From Candidatus Omnitrophota bacterium (lineage in GTDB: Bacteria; Omnitrophota; Gorgyraeia; Tantalellales; Tantalellaceae): a DNA stretch of 56,744 nt. A program made the position numbers and the translations under genes. The stretch lies in contig JBDRKO010000009.1 of assembly GCA_043813915.1 (NCBI GenBank), forward strand, positions 1-56,744, read 5' to 3'. Positions within the stretch are counted from its first letter, which is position 1. Every line of letters begins with the position of its first letter. Shown here one piece after another: positions 1 to 11,064 of this stretch. Below the pieces are notes generated by a model. It was not told the origin of the DNA and searched no databases. It saw only the letters and a list, made by a program, of their open reading frames with translations.

Positions 1-3000
1 TATCTCGGCTGGTCCGCGCTCCAATGGTTCGTATATGTTATAAAACTCGTGTCAGGTAAGGTCTTCTGCGTTAAGTAACCGTAGCCGCTCGTTCCGTCAG
101 CATGCGTTAACGCGTCGTCACTATACGTATAGATCGTGCCTATAGCGTCACCGCCGGATGCTACTAACAGTTCTTTTGTGTTCATTCTGCCGCTTAACGT
201 GTAATAGGTATATATCGCGCTCGTATCCGTTATTCCTACAAGGTTACCCGCCGCGTCGTATTCATATGTCACGAGTAATGTCCCCGCCGCGTTGTATTCT
301 TTCACATACCTTGGCTGATTAGTCGCCGGATAATAATCGGAAAACGTCTTATAAGTGTTATCCGGACGGGTCTCTTTTATAAGCACACCGTATCCCTGAC
401 TGTTCCAATTTTCGTTGCTATATTCATAAACCGTACCATCAGCTATTGTTTTCGTATGCATCAAACCCGAAGCATAGTATGTATAGGTCTCTGAACTGAT
501 ATAATTTATCACATTTACCAGGATCCCTGAAACATCATACTCATAATCCGCTATTACATTGTCTCCCCAATTCTGTATTTCCTGCTGATCAGCGGTATCC
601 AGTGTGTATAGCGCCGTGTCATCTTCCCAGAACAACCCTCCCGCGTATCCGTTATCATAAAGAACCTGAAGCTTTTGCGTTATTGTCATAGCATTATCGG
701 CATCCTGCGTGGGATCGATCTCACCGACTATCACGGGGTTCCCCAAACCCAACAGGGTCGCGTCATAGTCAAGATCTTTTCCGACTGTCTCCATGTAATT
801 ATAGTAATGGAACTGATACAGAGTAAGACCTACATCTACTGAACCGAAATTCGTTCCGGTCCAATAATTGAGCAGCGCAGTCCTGTCCTGACTGCCTAGA
901 GTGACCAGGGTCGAGGCGTCTTCTGTTTTTACTTCTGTGACCAGTTCCGAGATAAATGTCTGCATATCCGCCGCGTTTATTCCTGGGGTATTGTATATTA
1001 TTTCTTCGGGCTCATTCATAACTTCCCACGCGAAGATGGTATCGTTCCCGGAAAACTGGTTGACAAAATCACCTAAAAGACCTATCAACATGGCCCTCTT
1101 AGCGGGATCGGTAATAAGATCCGGGTATTCCCCCACTTGCGTACTTCCTTCTACCGAAACGCCGTCAGCAATAGTAAAATCCAGGAGTACAGGTATTAGT
1201 TTGAGGCCCTTAGCCTCGGCGACGTCTATAAGCACATCCATATCCTCATACACGGAAGCCGTAAAACTTATAGGATTACCGCTTGCGTCAAAATTTATAC
1301 CGGACCTAAGATCATTGAACAGGAAAACGCGGACATAATCTCCCGATTCACCTTTTATGTTGGATACGAGATCATTGAACCCGGCCGCGGAACTGAACCC
1401 CATATGTTGTCCTGCTTCCGACCCTAGAGTCGCCACACCTATATCATAGCCATAAGTTCCCCACGGAAGATTCGTTCCTTTGATGAAATCAGAATATGAC
1501 CGTACCGTTCTAGCGGCATCAGACGCGGGATCGGGATAAGTAACAGTATATTCCAATTCCCCGCTGCTGTTGGGGACGGAACGCTGCATTTCATCTACTC
1601 TTCCGTAACCCTGGCTGTTAAAATCATTGTTCTCGTAATGGTAATATACGTTCCCTGACGCGTCGGGCGATGTCATTATCTTGCTCTCTATCAACCCGGT
1701 ATCGCCGTAATAGGTAATATTAGTAGAAGCATCGGATGAGGCTATCAAAATACCGCTTGCGTCATACTCATAGCTGGCAGTAAGAACACCCGCCGAATTG
1801 TATTCCCAAATATACCTGGGCTGATCCGCCGACCAGTAATCGGCAAAGAACTTATAGCTCCCGTCAGGGTTCGTCTGTTTGACAAAATAACCGTATTCGC
1901 CGGTCGTCCCTACATTATGCACCGCTTCATTAGAATACTCATATATGGTTCCTATCGGCCCTCCAACGGCTATAAGCAGTTCTTTTGTCCGCATTCGCCC
2001 GCTTATTGGGTAATAAACATATTTTGCGGACGTGTCCGTCTTTCCTATGAGAGTGCCTGTTGAATTAAATTCGTAGGTCACGATAAATGTACCTGCGGTG
2101 TCGTATTCTGAAATTAATTGAGGCTGCCGCGTGCCTGTATAATACGATGAAAAGGTCTTGTAGCTTCCGTCGGAGGCTGTTTCTTTTATCAAAAGACCGT
2201 ATCCTTCCGACATATAATTCTCATTCGTATATTCGTATACCGTCCCGTCGGGGAGTGTTTTTGTCTCCATAAGTCCGGAGGGATAATATGTGTATATTGT
2301 TCCGTCAAAATTCGTCTGATCCACAAGCGTCCCGGATGAATCGTACTCATAAGTAACAAGAAGGGTATCAGCGGCATCGTACTCGCTTACATATTGCGCT
2401 TGGTTCGTTGCGGGGAAATATGAAGAAAACGTCTTATATGTGGAATCCGGCCGTGTTTCTTTTGTCAGGACACCGTATCCCTGTGAATTCCAGTTCTCAT
2501 TACTGTACTCGTATATTGTTCCGTCCGGAAGGGTCTTTGTTTCCATCAGCCCGCTTAGATAGAACGTATAGATGGTGCCGTCTGCTTCCGTTTTTCCGAT
2601 AAAATTCCCCGAAGAATCGTATTCATAGATAACTACGAGATTATCCAAAGCGTCATATTCTTTCACATATCTGTATTGCCTTGTCAGCGCGTAATAATCC
2701 GTAAATGTCTTGTATGTATTGTCCGGGCGGGTCTCTTTTGTGAGAAGACCGTATCCTTCCGACAGATAATTTTCGTCCGTATATTCAAAAAGTGTTCCGT
2801 CAGGAAGGGTTTTAGAGGCCATGCGCCCGCTTATGGGATAAAAAACATATATCGTTCCGTCATTCTCTGTTTTTCCGATAAAATTCCCGGAGGCGTCATA
2901 CTCATAAGTAACTATGAAATTGTCCGAAGCGTCATATTCGCTAACGAACCTCGCTTGACGAGTCCCCGAATAATAGCTGTTGAAAGTTTTGTATGTCAGG

Positions 3001-3221
3001 TCGGGCCGTGTTTCTTTCACCAACATTCCGTATCCGTCACCTAAATAATTTTCGTCGGTATATTCGTAGACCGTGCCGTCATCCAGCGTTTTCGTATACA
3101 TGTATCCCGACCCGTAATATACATATGTCGGCTCTGAGAATGACGGCAAGGAAAACAAAGAAACCCCCAAGACCGTAATAAGCAGTAAGATCGCTGTTTT
3201 ATTTATCACTTTTGTATACAT
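1..3221 (-). CDS. Giant secreted repeat protein, 3'-truncated by the window (>1070 aa), with ~93-aa Tyr-rich YD-like repeats and an internal GH5-like catalytic domain
   Basis: Manually translated: ATG at 3221 gives MYTKVINKTAILLLITVLGVSLFSLPSFS (signal-peptide-like), then repeats of ...SGLMETKTLPDGTxYEYxxEN...GYGxLxKETRPDxTYKTF...EYDxxG... The frame is open at every segment checked, through base 1. GTNLPW, AWEVMNEPE, FHYY, PVIVGE and GGLFW motifs lie at ~600-1490. Confidence 0.85.
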   Translation of the reverse strand, partial: MYTKVINKTAILLLITVLGVSLFSLPSFSEPTYVYYGSGYMYTKTLDDGTVYEYTDENYLGDGYGMLVKETRPDLTYKTFNSYYSGTRQARFVSEYDASDNFIVTYEYDASGNFIGKTENDGTIYVFYPISGRMASKTLPDGTLFEYTDENYLSEGYGLLTKETRPDNTYKTFTDYYALTRQYRYVKEYDALDNLVVIYEYDSSGNFIGKTEADGTIYTFYLSGLMETKTLPDGTIYEYSNENWNSQGYGVLTKETRPDSTYKTFSSYFPATNQAQYVSEYDAADTLLVTYEYDSSGTLVDQTNFDGTIYTYYPSGLMETKTLPDGTVYEYTNENYMSEGYGLLIKETASDGSYKTFSSYYTGTRQPQLISEYDTAGTFIVTYEFNSTGTLIGKTDTSAKYVYYPISGRMRTKELLIAVGGPIGTIYEYSNEAVHNVGTTGEYGYFVKQTNPDGSYKFFADYWSADQPRYIWEYNSAGVLTASYEYDASGILIASSDASTNITYYGDTGLIESKIMTSPDASGNVYYHYENNDFNSQGYGRVDEMQRSVPNSSGELEYTVTYPDPASDAARTVRSYSDFIKGTNLPWGTYGYDIGVATLGSEAGQHMGFSSAAGFNDLVSNIKGESGDYVRVFLFNDLRSGINFDASGNPISFTASVYEDMDVLIDVAEAKGLKLIPVLLDFTIADGVSVEGSTQVGEYPDLITDPAKRAMLIGLLGDFVNQFSGNDTIFAWEVMNEPEEIIYNTPGINAADMQTFISELVTEVKTEDASTLVTLGSQDRTALLNYWTGTNFGSVDVGLTLYQFHYYNYMETVGKDLDYDATLLGLGNPVIVGEIDPTQDADNAMTITQKLQVLYDNGYAGGLFWEDDTALYTLDTADQQEIQNWGDNVIADYEYDVSGILVNVINYISSETYTYYASGLMHTKTIADGTVYEYSNENWNSQGYGVLIKETRPDNTYKTFSDYYPATNQPRYVKEYNAAGTLLVTYEYDAAGNLVGITDTSAIYTYYTLSGRMNTKELLVASGGDAIGTIYTYSDDALTHADGTSGYGYLTQKTLPDTSFITYTNHWSADQPR

Positions 3222-3284
3222 TTTTCTTTCCCCTATATTGGTAACCTTAAGTTATATGATAAAAAAGTTACTTGTTACAGTGTC

Positions 3285-3312
3285 ATTCTACCACATACCC
3301 TAAGTCTTTCAA
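3285..3312 (-). promoter_or_regulatory. Sigma70-like promoter for the giant protein gene
   Basis: TTGAAA-16 nt-TAGAAT with a TG extension, ~65 nt upstream of the ATG. Confidence 0.5.
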
Positions 3313-3360
3313 TATAAAATATGAAACTTTTTTAAATCTTAACTAAAACAGAGCTATTCC

Positions 3361-5745
3361 TTAAAAAACATGGATCTCACCCGTTTTATTATCCCACAAA
3401 ATAGCCCCGTTTTGGCCGGTTACATGTATATGTTGTTCGTCTTTACCCGATATGTCCGAAATATGTTCTCTCAGAGCTTCCGAGTCTTTGTTCGTGATAA
3501 TTATGTCAGTGCATCCTGTTCTTTCATAAACCTCTCTGTATAAACCGACATCGTCCACTGGTACCGTACCATGATGCGGAGCTTTAACGATATTTGACAT
3601 CAGGATCTCCCCATATTGAAGTATTTCCTCAAGGGCCGCTTTCTCGGCGTCTCCCGGTAACAAGATACTATTGCCGGCGTCAAATACGGCTTTTATGACA
3701 AGCGAAGAATCGTTCTTACTGTCATATTTTCTTTCCTTTTCGGGATTAAGAACAAGAAGGTCAAGTCCCATAAGCCCTTTTATAATATCTCCCCTACCGG
3801 CCTCTCTCACCTTGACATCTCTTTTTTTGATAGCGTTCTTAAGTTCTGGACTTGACGCGTCCTGCCCCGAGCCGTATACCACGGTCCCCACCTTAAAATT
3901 CTTAATGATCCACGGCATTCCGCCGCAATGATCCTCGTGAAAATGGGTCACGATAACGCAGTCTATACGCCGGATCCCTTTGTCTCTCAAGTAAGGGCCC
4001 ACTATGTTCTTCCCAACGTCTGTTCCGCAATCCATCAGCATTACGGACCCGTCCGGAAATTCAAAAAGAACGGCATCGGATTTTCCCGAATCAAAGAATT
4101 TCACACATGTATGGCCGGGGGGCCTTGCCGACAGTTCTTGCCAGACAAAAATATTGGCGAGACATAGTAGAAGTATGATCAGGCGCGCCCATTTCATGGC
4201 CTTTGAGCCGAAAAACAGCAATGCCCCTATCAGCATGTATATCGCCGCCATCATTACGGCGCCCGGCGCTCTCACGCCGATAAATGCCGCCGGACACCGG
4301 GATATCGCATTCATCGCCTTTATAAATGCCGAGACGAAATATTCGAGCGTACGGGAAAGGCCGGCGGCGCACGGGAATAAAAAGGTCAGAGAGCCCGAAA
4401 CTATCAGCAGGCATCCCGATATCAACATGATAAAAAGCACGGGTACGGCCAGTAGATTGGCGAAAAGCGATGAAATAGAAAGGATGCGGTTAAATGAAGC
4501 TAATATCGGCATCATTCCCAGCCATACGGCGGTTGACACGGAAAGAACTTTTATTAAATAGATCGATGCTCTCCCTTTATACAGATACTTTTTCGAATGT
4601 AAAAATTTTATGAACATTTTTTCCAACCCGGGGGCGATATATATTATCGAAAGGACCGCTGTATATGAAAGGATGAATCCTAGGTCGAACAATTGACCCG
4701 GGACAAAAAAGGTCAGGATAAAAGCCGATAAAAAAACAGAACTGATAATGTCTATTTTTCTGCCGGAGATAAGCCCTATCATCAAAAAGCCTCCCATCAT
4801 GGCGGCTCTCATGGAAGATGGCCGTCCTCCCGCGAACACCGCGAATGAGAACATCAAAAGAACGGTCAGGATACATCCCGTTCTTTTAGGAACCCCGAAC
4901 AGACGGCATAGCGCAAAAAAGACCGTCGCTATTATCCCTATATGCAGGCCGCTGACGGCGATAATATGTACCGTCCCTGTCTTCACCAGCATTTCTCTTA
5001 CACTCTCCGGAACTTCGCTTCTTATCCCCAAAAGAACGGCTTTTAATATGCCCCTCGTCAGACCGTGGACATATTTGTCCAAAAGAGCCTCCGAATGTCT
5101 TCTCACCTTATGGATCTGCCTCTTCAGCAAAAGGAATATACCCCCATATTCCCCGGTCTTACTGTATTTGTCCAATATCCTGGTAAACATTACCGAACGT
5201 ATGCCCTTATGCCTCAAATACCCTTTATGATCATATCCCGAGGGGTTTGTCTTCCCTTTGGGCAAAGAAATACGGCCAGACAGAACTATCTCATCCCCGT
5301 CGAACGGGATATACCTAGGATCCGCGGCGACTACAGATATCTTTCCGCTAGTTCTTAGTTCTTTACCGGAAAGGATCATGCGTCCCGCTTCCATCACGAA
5401 TGTAATTGCCTGTGTATAACCGATATCTTTTCTTTCCGGCTCGCCGAGAACCCTTCCTTGAACGGTGATCTCCTTAGAAATGTTTTCCGAAAAACCGGAT
5501 ATATCGCCGGGAAGCGGGGATACTGAAGAAATATATCTTGAGGCTCCAAGAATAAAGACCATAACGCATAACGCGGCGTAAAGGTATCTTCTGCCTGCGA
5601 TGATCACCTGAAAGAAAAAAAGGATAAATATGCCGACGAATATAACGGGGAGCGCGGTTCGATCTAATATATCATAGAAAAAATATCCTGAAGCGGATAT
5701 TCCGGCAAAAAAACACACCATTAAAGGTAAAAGAGGTCTTTTCAT
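3361..5745 (-). CDS. comEC: DNA uptake protein ComEC/Rec2
   Basis: Multi-TM N-terminus, competence domain GTVHIIAVSGLHIG, C-terminal metallo-beta-lactamase fold THFHEDH and KAPHHG. Confidence 0.93.
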   Translation of the reverse strand: MKRPLLPLMVCFFAGISASGYFFYDILDRTALPVIFVGIFILFFFQVIIAGRRYLYAALCVMVFILGASRYISSVSPLPGDISGFSENISKEITVQGRVLGEPERKDIGYTQAITFVMEAGRMILSGKELRTSGKISVVAADPRYIPFDGDEIVLSGRISLPKGKTNPSGYDHKGYLRHKGIRSVMFTRILDKYSKTGEYGGIFLLLKRQIHKVRRHSEALLDKYVHGLTRGILKAVLLGIRSEVPESVREMLVKTGTVHIIAVSGLHIGIIATVFFALCRLFGVPKRTGCILTVLLMFSFAVFAGGRPSSMRAAMMGGFLMIGLISGRKIDIISSVFLSAFILTFFVPGQLFDLGFILSYTAVLSIIYIAPGLEKMFIKFLHSKKYLYKGRASIYLIKVLSVSTAVWLGMMPILASFNRILSISSLFANLLAVPVLFIMLISGCLLIVSGSLTFLFPCAAGLSRTLEYFVSAFIKAMNAISRCPAAFIGVRAPGAVMMAAIYMLIGALLFFGSKAMKWARLIILLLCLANIFVWQELSARPPGHTCVKFFDSGKSDAVLFEFPDGSVMLMDCGTDVGKNIVGPYLRDKGIRRIDCVIVTHFHEDHCGGMPWIIKNFKVGTVVYGSGQDASSPELKNAIKKRDVKVREAGRGDIIKGLMGLDLLVLNPEKERKYDSKNDSSLVIKAVFDAGNSILLPGDAEKAALEEILQYGEILMSNIVKAPHHGTVPVDDVGLYREVYERTGCTDIIITNKDSEALREHISDISGKDEQHIHVTGQNGAILWDNKTGEIHVF

Positions 5746-5756
5746 TTTTATGTTCT

Positions 5757-6116
5757 TCAGAATTCGAGGTATTTGATGATATCATCCAGTTTTTTCTCCC
5801 CTATACCTTTTATCTTAAGCAGATCGTGTTCATCTAGTATCTTTCCGTTAATATCTCTGTATTTTTTTATGCGCTCCGCTAGCGCCTCTCCTATTCCGGG
5901 AATACTTTTGATCTCTTCCTGTCCTGCCGTATTGATATTTATCTTTCTCCTGCTCTCGGCCTCTTCTTTCAGTCTCAAAAGCGCCGGGATGGCGTTACCC
6001 TTGACAGTTATGATCCTTAAAGGCCTGGATTCCCGCACGTAGAGCATCCAGCCTCCCAAGACCAGGATAACGGACAGAAAGATTAAAAGCATATGTTCGT
6101 ATCTTTTTTGCTCCAC
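5757..6116 (-). CDS. comEA: ComEA-type helix-hairpin-helix DNA-binding protein
   Basis: N-terminal TM, then KININTA...IPGIGEALAERI...IKGIGEK. Start reassigned to GTG 6116 behind GGAGG. Confidence 0.88.
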   Translation of the reverse strand: MEQKRYEHMLLIFLSVILVLGGWMLYVRESRPLRIITVKGNAIPALLRLKEEAESRRKININTAGQEEIKSIPGIGEALAERIKKYRDINGKILDEHDLLKIKGIGEKKLDDIIKYLEF

Positions 6117-6138
6117 GCCTTTGCCTCCCTGCGAGATC

Positions 6139-6167
6139 ATTGTGACACATGTTTTGTTTTTTGTCAA
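6139..6167 (-). promoter_or_regulatory. Sigma70-like promoter for comEA-comEC
   Basis: TTGACA-17 nt-CACAAT just upstream of the SD. Confidence 0.5.
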
Positions 6168-6256
6168 CTTTTTGTTAACTTTTAATTAATTAAAGCGGTA
6201 AAAAAACGGCCGGAACTTTTCGCGCCTGGCCGTATGATACTAGAAACTATCTGTCT

Positions 6257-7063
6257 TTATCCTGATACGTCTGAAAACCGGTCATTTAAGACCTTGACCC
6301 GGTAAAGACCGTCATAAGTCCCCGTGATCCAGAAATGGCCGTCTTGCCATACGATGCCTGTGGTTTTTTGGGCGGGTGAGGTGAAATACCCTTTGGTCTC
6401 AAGCGTATTGATATCGGTTTTAAATACTTTTTGACTATACCAGCTGGTTATCCAAAGGAATTCTCCGTCCCAGGCAAGATGCGCCGGTTCTAAAATACCC
6501 TGCAAAGCCCTCTTCTTCACCATTTCTCCGTTAAGATCGAACTGAATAAGATGGTATTTGGTCCCTTTAGGCCCTCTGGTCCAGGTCACGACATATATGT
6601 GATCTTTTATATGAACGATCCCCGCCGGGTGCGCCGGCGCTACCGATACATTAAAATCCGTATCTATTCTGTTACCTTCTATCTTTATACGGTAAAGGCG
6701 TTTCTCATCCCAGTCCGTCAGCCACAGATCTTTCCCGTCATCGGCTATTCCTTCCGTAAAAGACCCGAACGGTTCTATTTCGGAAACTATCTTTTCTTTT
6801 TCAGGATCGACCACCCATGTTCTGAAACCACGTCCGTTACATACCAATATCTTACCGTCACGGATAAAAAGGCCTTCATGATATCCTTTCGGCAGGTCTA
6901 TCTTATTGACGGTCTCGATCCTCATCGAACCCCCTGTTTTTATGCCCAGATGATCCAATAGCCCGCCGCCTTCCGATACGGCCTGCGGAAATATCAACGA
7001 TCCTAAGATCACCATGCCCGTTAAAAAACGTTTTCCCTTGAAATAGGTCACACTATGCCTCAT
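6257..7063 (-). CDS. Exported beta-propeller protein, glutamine cyclotransferase-like
   Basis: Signal-like N-terminus, repeated EG[IL]xxDGxxLW / LAWDGEFLW / IVWQDGHFW blades. Confidence 0.6.
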   Translation of the reverse strand: MRHSVTYFKGKRFLTGMVILGSLIFPQAVSEGGGLLDHLGIKTGGSMRIETVNKIDLPKGYHEGLFIRDGKILVCNGRGFRTWVVDPEKEKIVSEIEPFGSFTEGIADDGKDLWLTDWDEKRLYRIKIEGNRIDTDFNVSVAPAHPAGIVHIKDHIYVVTWTRGPKGTKYHLIQFDLNGEMVKKRALQGILEPAHLAWDGEFLWITSWYSQKVFKTDINTLETKGYFTSPAQKTTGIVWQDGHFWITGTYDGLYRVKVLNDRFSDVSG

Positions 7064-7200
7064 GTCAATTCACCGATACTCCGGTCTAAAGACCGGGGCT
7101 TGTTCCCAATTGACCCTGCAGTGTCCCGAGCACCGCGAGGGGAGCCCCGGCTACTTCACCCGCGCTAAAGCACGGGGCTTCGCCGGAGCGAATGGGTGAA
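7064..7200 (+). repeat. Module H copy 1: double-hairpin element resembling IS200/IS605 ends
   Basis: GTCAATTCAC...CCGGTC-TAAA-GACCGG...CAATTGACCCTG...CCCGCGCTAAAGCACGGGG...GAATGGGTGAA; homologous to 23322-23433. Confidence 0.7.
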
Positions 7201-7205
7201 AGTTG

Positions 7206-9665
7206 TTATATGACTATATTGACAAGTTTGTCCGGAAGGATGACCCATTTTTTGATGTTCTCGCCGGCAAGGCGCTCTTTTATCCTGGAGTCGGAAAGCA
7301 CCATATCCTTTACGGCCTCTTTTTCCAGGCCCCTCGGCATGTTCAACGTGTTCCGCAATTTACCGTTTATCTGCACCGGCACCGTTACCGTGTCTTCCTC
7401 GAGCATGCTTTCATCGTATTCAGGCCACGCGCGGGTGAATATGCTTTCTTTGTTCCCCGCTTTTTCGTTCATCTCTTCCGCAAGATGCGGGACAAAAGGC
7501 GCCAAAAGCAGCGACATAACATCCATCACTTCCCTTAAGCATTCCTTCCCTACCTTACAGATCCCTTTTCCGTCCATCCCGGCATAGATCTGGTTGACCA
7601 GTTCCATAACGGAACTTATCACCGTATTAAAATGGAACTCTCCGTCTATATCTTCCGTTATTTTTTTTACGGTCTGATGCAGTTTCCGCATAAGAGCGTC
7701 CTTTTTATCTTTATCTTCCGGAGATCCCGGTTCGGACACGGTTATATCCAAAAGGTTCCATACCCTCTTCATGAACCTGTACGCCCCTTCCACTCCCCTG
7801 TCCGACCATTCCGCGTCTTTTTCCGGGGGCCCTATGAACAGTGTATACAGCCGGACCGTATCCGCTCCGTATTTTTTTATAAGCTCGTCCGGGCTTACGA
7901 CATTCCCTTTGGATTTCGACATCTTGGCCCCGTCCTTGACTATCATGCCCTGCGTAAAAAGCCTTTTGAACGGTTCGTCGAATTTCACATAACCCATATC
8001 GTACATTACTTTGGTTATGAAACGTGAATATAAAAGATGCAGTATGGCATGTTCGACCCCTCCTATATACTGATCGACAGGCAGCCATTTATTTACTTCT
8101 TCCTGGTCAAAAGGTCCGTCTTCTTTCTTCGGCGAGATAAATCTCAAAAAATACCAGCTGGAATCGACAAAGGTATCCATCGTGTCGATCTCTCTTTCGG
8201 CATCGATACCGCATAAGGGACATTTAACGTTCACAAAGTCCGATACGTTCTTTAGCGGAGATTCTCCTTCGGGACGGAACTCAGCTTTTTCAGGGAGCAG
8301 AACAGGAAGATCCTGCTCCGGAACCGGCACGTTCCCGCATTTTACGCATCGGATGATAGGTATAGGCGCGCCCCAATATCTCTGCCGGGATATGAGCCAA
8401 TCCCGTAGCCGGTAATGCGTTGTCCTTGCTCCGATCTTCGTTTTTTCCATATGATCGGCGATGAGGTCCATAGCTTCCAGGTTACTCCGTCCGTTAAATC
8501 CTGGTGAATTGACCAAGATACCTTCTCCCTCGTACGCCGAAGTCATCTTGCCGGTTTTCAGAAGCTCCGAAGGATCGTCTATTACCACTTCCACGGGTAA
8601 AGAATATTTTTTAGCGAACTCAAGATCCCTCTGGTCGTGCGCCGGCACGGCCATTACTGCACCTGTCCCGTACTCCATCAGCACATAATCCGCTACCCAT
8701 AGCGGTATCTTTCGTCCGTTAATACTGTTGATCACATATCTGCCGGTAAAGATACCTTTCTTCTCAGCGCCTGCCTGCACTCTCGTGATCTTAGATTCGC
8801 TCCTTACCTTGCGTATGAACTCCATTATTTCGTCTTTTCCGGGCGTTCCCGCTAAGAGCTCTTCGATCATAGGATGCTCGGCGGCCAAGACCATATAGGT
8901 ACATCCGAAAATGGTATCGACCCTTGTGGTAAAACATGTCAGTTTTTTATCGGATCCTTCTATCGGAAAATCTATATTTACCCCGAAAGAGCGGCCTATC
9001 CAATTTTGCTGCATTGTCTTCACTTTTTCGGGCCATTCATCGAGTTTGGATATATCATTGAGCAGTCTTTCGGCATATTCCGTTATGCGGAAGAACCATT
9101 GCTCCAGTTCTTTCTGATCTACTCCGCTCCCGCATCTTTCGCACCCGCCCTCAACAACCTGCTCATTCGCGAGCACGGTATTACAGGAAGGGCACCAATT
9201 AACAAAAGCTTTCTTCTTGTATGCCAGTCCTTTTTCGAACATTTTCAGGAATATCCATTGTGTCCATTTATAGTAATCCGGCAGGCATGATGTGATCTCT
9301 CTCATCCAGTCATATTCCACACCCCAGGAATTCAGCTGCTCTTTCATTTTGGATATGTTCTTAAGCGTAGATGTTCTGGGATGGATACCGTTCTTTATCG
9401 CCGCGTTCTCGGCGGGAAGCCCGAAGGCGTCCCATCCCATGGGGGATAATACTCTGAACCCTCTCATCATCTTATATCGGGCGATAACGTCGCCTATGAT
9501 ATAATTGCGCCCATGCCCTACATGCAGAGCCGCTGACGGATACGGGAACATCATCAGGCAATAATACTTGTTTTTATCGTCGGATGAATCGACATTGAAA
9601 AGACCCGCTTTTTTCCACTTTTTCTGCCATTTCTTCTCTATATCCTCGAATCTATACGGTCCCAT
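7206..9665 (-). CDS. leuS: Leucine--tRNA ligase
   Basis: MFPYPS..LHVGH (HIGH), [16 protein letters not shown]. Start taken at MGPYRF (9665). Confidence 0.97.
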   Translation of the reverse strand: MGPYRFEDIEKKWQKKWKKAGLFNVDSSDDKNKYYCLMMFPYPSAALHVGHGRNYIIGDVIARYKMMRGFRVLSPMGWDAFGLPAENAAIKNGIHPRTSTLKNISKMKEQLNSWGVEYDWMREITSCLPDYYKWTQWIFLKMFEKGLAYKKKAFVNWCPSCNTVLANEQVVEGGCERCGSGVDQKELEQWFFRITEYAERLLNDISKLDEWPEKVKTMQQNWIGRSFGVNIDFPIEGSDKKLTCFTTRVDTIFGCTYMVLAAEHPMIEELLAGTPGKDEIMEFIRKVRSESKITRVQAGAEKKGIFTGRYVINSINGRKIPLWVADYVLMEYGTGAVMAVPAHDQRDLEFAKKYSLPVEVVIDDPSELLKTGKMTSAYEGEGILVNSPGFNGRSNLEAMDLIADHMEKTKIGARTTHYRLRDWLISRQRYWGAPIPIIRCVKCGNVPVPEQDLPVLLPEKAEFRPEGESPLKNVSDFVNVKCPLCGIDAEREIDTMDTFVDSSWYFLRFISPKKEDGPFDQEEVNKWLPVDQYIGGVEHAILHLLYSRFITKVMYDMGYVKFDEPFKRLFTQGMIVKDGAKMSKSKGNVVSPDELIKKYGADTVRLYTLFIGPPEKDAEWSDRGVEGAYRFMKRVWNLLDITVSEPGSPEDKDKKDALMRKLHQTVKKITEDIDGEFHFNTVISSVMELVNQIYAGMDGKGICKVGKECLREVMDVMSLLLAPFVPHLAEEMNEKAGNKESIFTRAWPEYDESMLEEDTVTVPVQINGKLRNTLNMPRGLEKEAVKDMVLSDSRIKERLAGENIKKWVILPDKLVNIVI

Positions 9666-9670
9666 CTTGA

Positions 9671-10531
9671 TCATCCCCGATCGCATTTGATATAACTTAG
9701 GAACTTATATATAAGTTTGGCCGCCATAAAATCCGGGGCTTTATTGTTTTCTTTGGGACACAGTTCGACAACATCGAAACCCACTACTTCTTTTCGCCTC
9801 GATACTTTTCGTAATAGGTCCATAACATCATACCACCCCAACCCACCCGGTTCCGGTGTCCCCGTAGACGGCATGATGGACGGGTCAAAGACATCTACAT
9901 CGATAGTGACATATACTTTATCCGACAATCTGTTTATTAACCGCTCTTTCCAGCTTATATCGCCGGCCGTATCCCCTGCAAAGAACATGTTCTCGGCGCG
10001 ATTCGCGCCTTTTTCTTCTACATCCATGCTCCTCACGCCCGCCTGGATAAGAGGACACAACTCCGTAATACGGGCTCCCGCGCAGGCATGGTTATAGGCG
10101 CTGCCTTTGTACGTCTTTCTGAGATCCGCGTGAGCGTCCAGCTGAAGCACACACATATCCCCGTACTTTTCCCTATGCGCTTCCACTGCCCCTATACTGA
10201 CGGAATGCTCGCCTCCGATCGTAACGGCGAATTTCCCGGCAGACAGAATATCCCTTACGGCCGCACGCACCTGTTCCGTCATCTTTTCTGGGGACCTGTC
10301 CGGCTTCAAAACGGGACAGGTATATATCCCTTTCCGGTACACCTCGGAATCTGTCTCAATATCATACAGCTCCAGCGCCTGAGAAGCCTCGAAAATAGCA
10401 AAGGGGCCCTTATCGGCCCCCTTTATCCATGTGCTGGTCCCATCATACGGAACAGACAATATAGCTATCTCCGCTCTGTCCCATCCCGTAAAAGACCCGT
10501 CTATTTCAGCAAAACGGAACTGCGCATCCAT
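9671..10531 (-). CDS. speB: Agmatinase (ureohydrolase)
   Basis: [19 protein letters not shown]...TGTPEPGG motifs. Confidence 0.92.
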   Translation of the reverse strand: MDAQFRFAEIDGSFTGWDRAEIAILSVPYDGTSTWIKGADKGPFAIFEASQALELYDIETDSEVYRKGIYTCPVLKPDRSPEKMTEQVRAAVRDILSAGKFAVTIGGEHSVSIGAVEAHREKYGDMCVLQLDAHADLRKTYKGSAYNHACAGARITELCPLIQAGVRSMDVEEKGANRAENMFFAGDTAGDISWKERLINRLSDKVYVTIDVDVFDPSIMPSTGTPEPGGLGWYDVMDLLRKVSRRKEVVGFDVVELCPKENNKAPDFMAAKLIYKFLSYIKCDRG

Positions 10532-10546
10532 GATCCATCCATATCT

Positions 10547-10963
10547 TTAAACGGCAGCCGCTTTTTCTCTTTCAATATATCTTACGAAATCCCTGCCCCT
10601 GTTGACAACGTGTTTATCGTATTTCTTTGATTCAAAAGCATTTACGATATATTCGGCCGCAAAATCAACATCGAAATCCTTACAGGAAAAAACGTCCACG
10701 AAACAATAGTCTTTTTCCTGAAAAGTATGTATCGATATATGGCTTTCCGCTATTATTACCGTACCCGTTATCCCTTTGTCCTCCGGGATAAGTCCGGAAT
10801 AAGGAAAAACATAGGGTTCGGTTATCCTAGTCATACCTATCTGATGAGGAAGATCCCTAAGTATACTGAAAACAAGGTTCAGGTCCCTAAGCTTTTCTTC
10901 TCTGCATTTTCTTAGATCCAGCATCAAATGTGGTCCGAAAGCTTCTTTTTTGCGTTCTATCAT
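10547..10963 (-). CDS. speD: Pyruvoyl-dependent SpeD-family decarboxylase proenzyme
   Basis: FGPHLMLD...IAESHISIHTF...DVFSC, with the E-S autocleavage motif. Confidence 0.88.
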   Translation of the reverse strand: MIERKKEAFGPHLMLDLRKCREEKLRDLNLVFSILRDLPHQIGMTRITEPYVFPYSGLIPEDKGITGTVIIAESHISIHTFQEKDYCFVDVFSCKDFDVDFAAEYIVNAFESKKYDKHVVNRGRDFVRYIEREKAAAV

Positions 10964-11035
10964 TTCCGGCCTCCATTCTGATTTTTGTTGTTAGGACAAA
11001 ACTCCGGAACCGTCCGGTTTTCTTTAAACGCTAAA

Positions 11036-11064
11036 AGTATATTTTCATTACATGCATTTGTCAA
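11036..11064 (-). promoter_or_regulatory. Near-consensus sigma70 promoter for speD-speB-leuS
   Basis: TTGACA-17 nt-TATACT. Confidence 0.75.

Noticed and set aside
2000-3130. DGR template/variable repeat pair or frameshift in the giant ORF
   Set aside because: The repeats differ at all base types rather than only at adenines, no reverse transcriptase is present, and the frame stayed open wherever translated.
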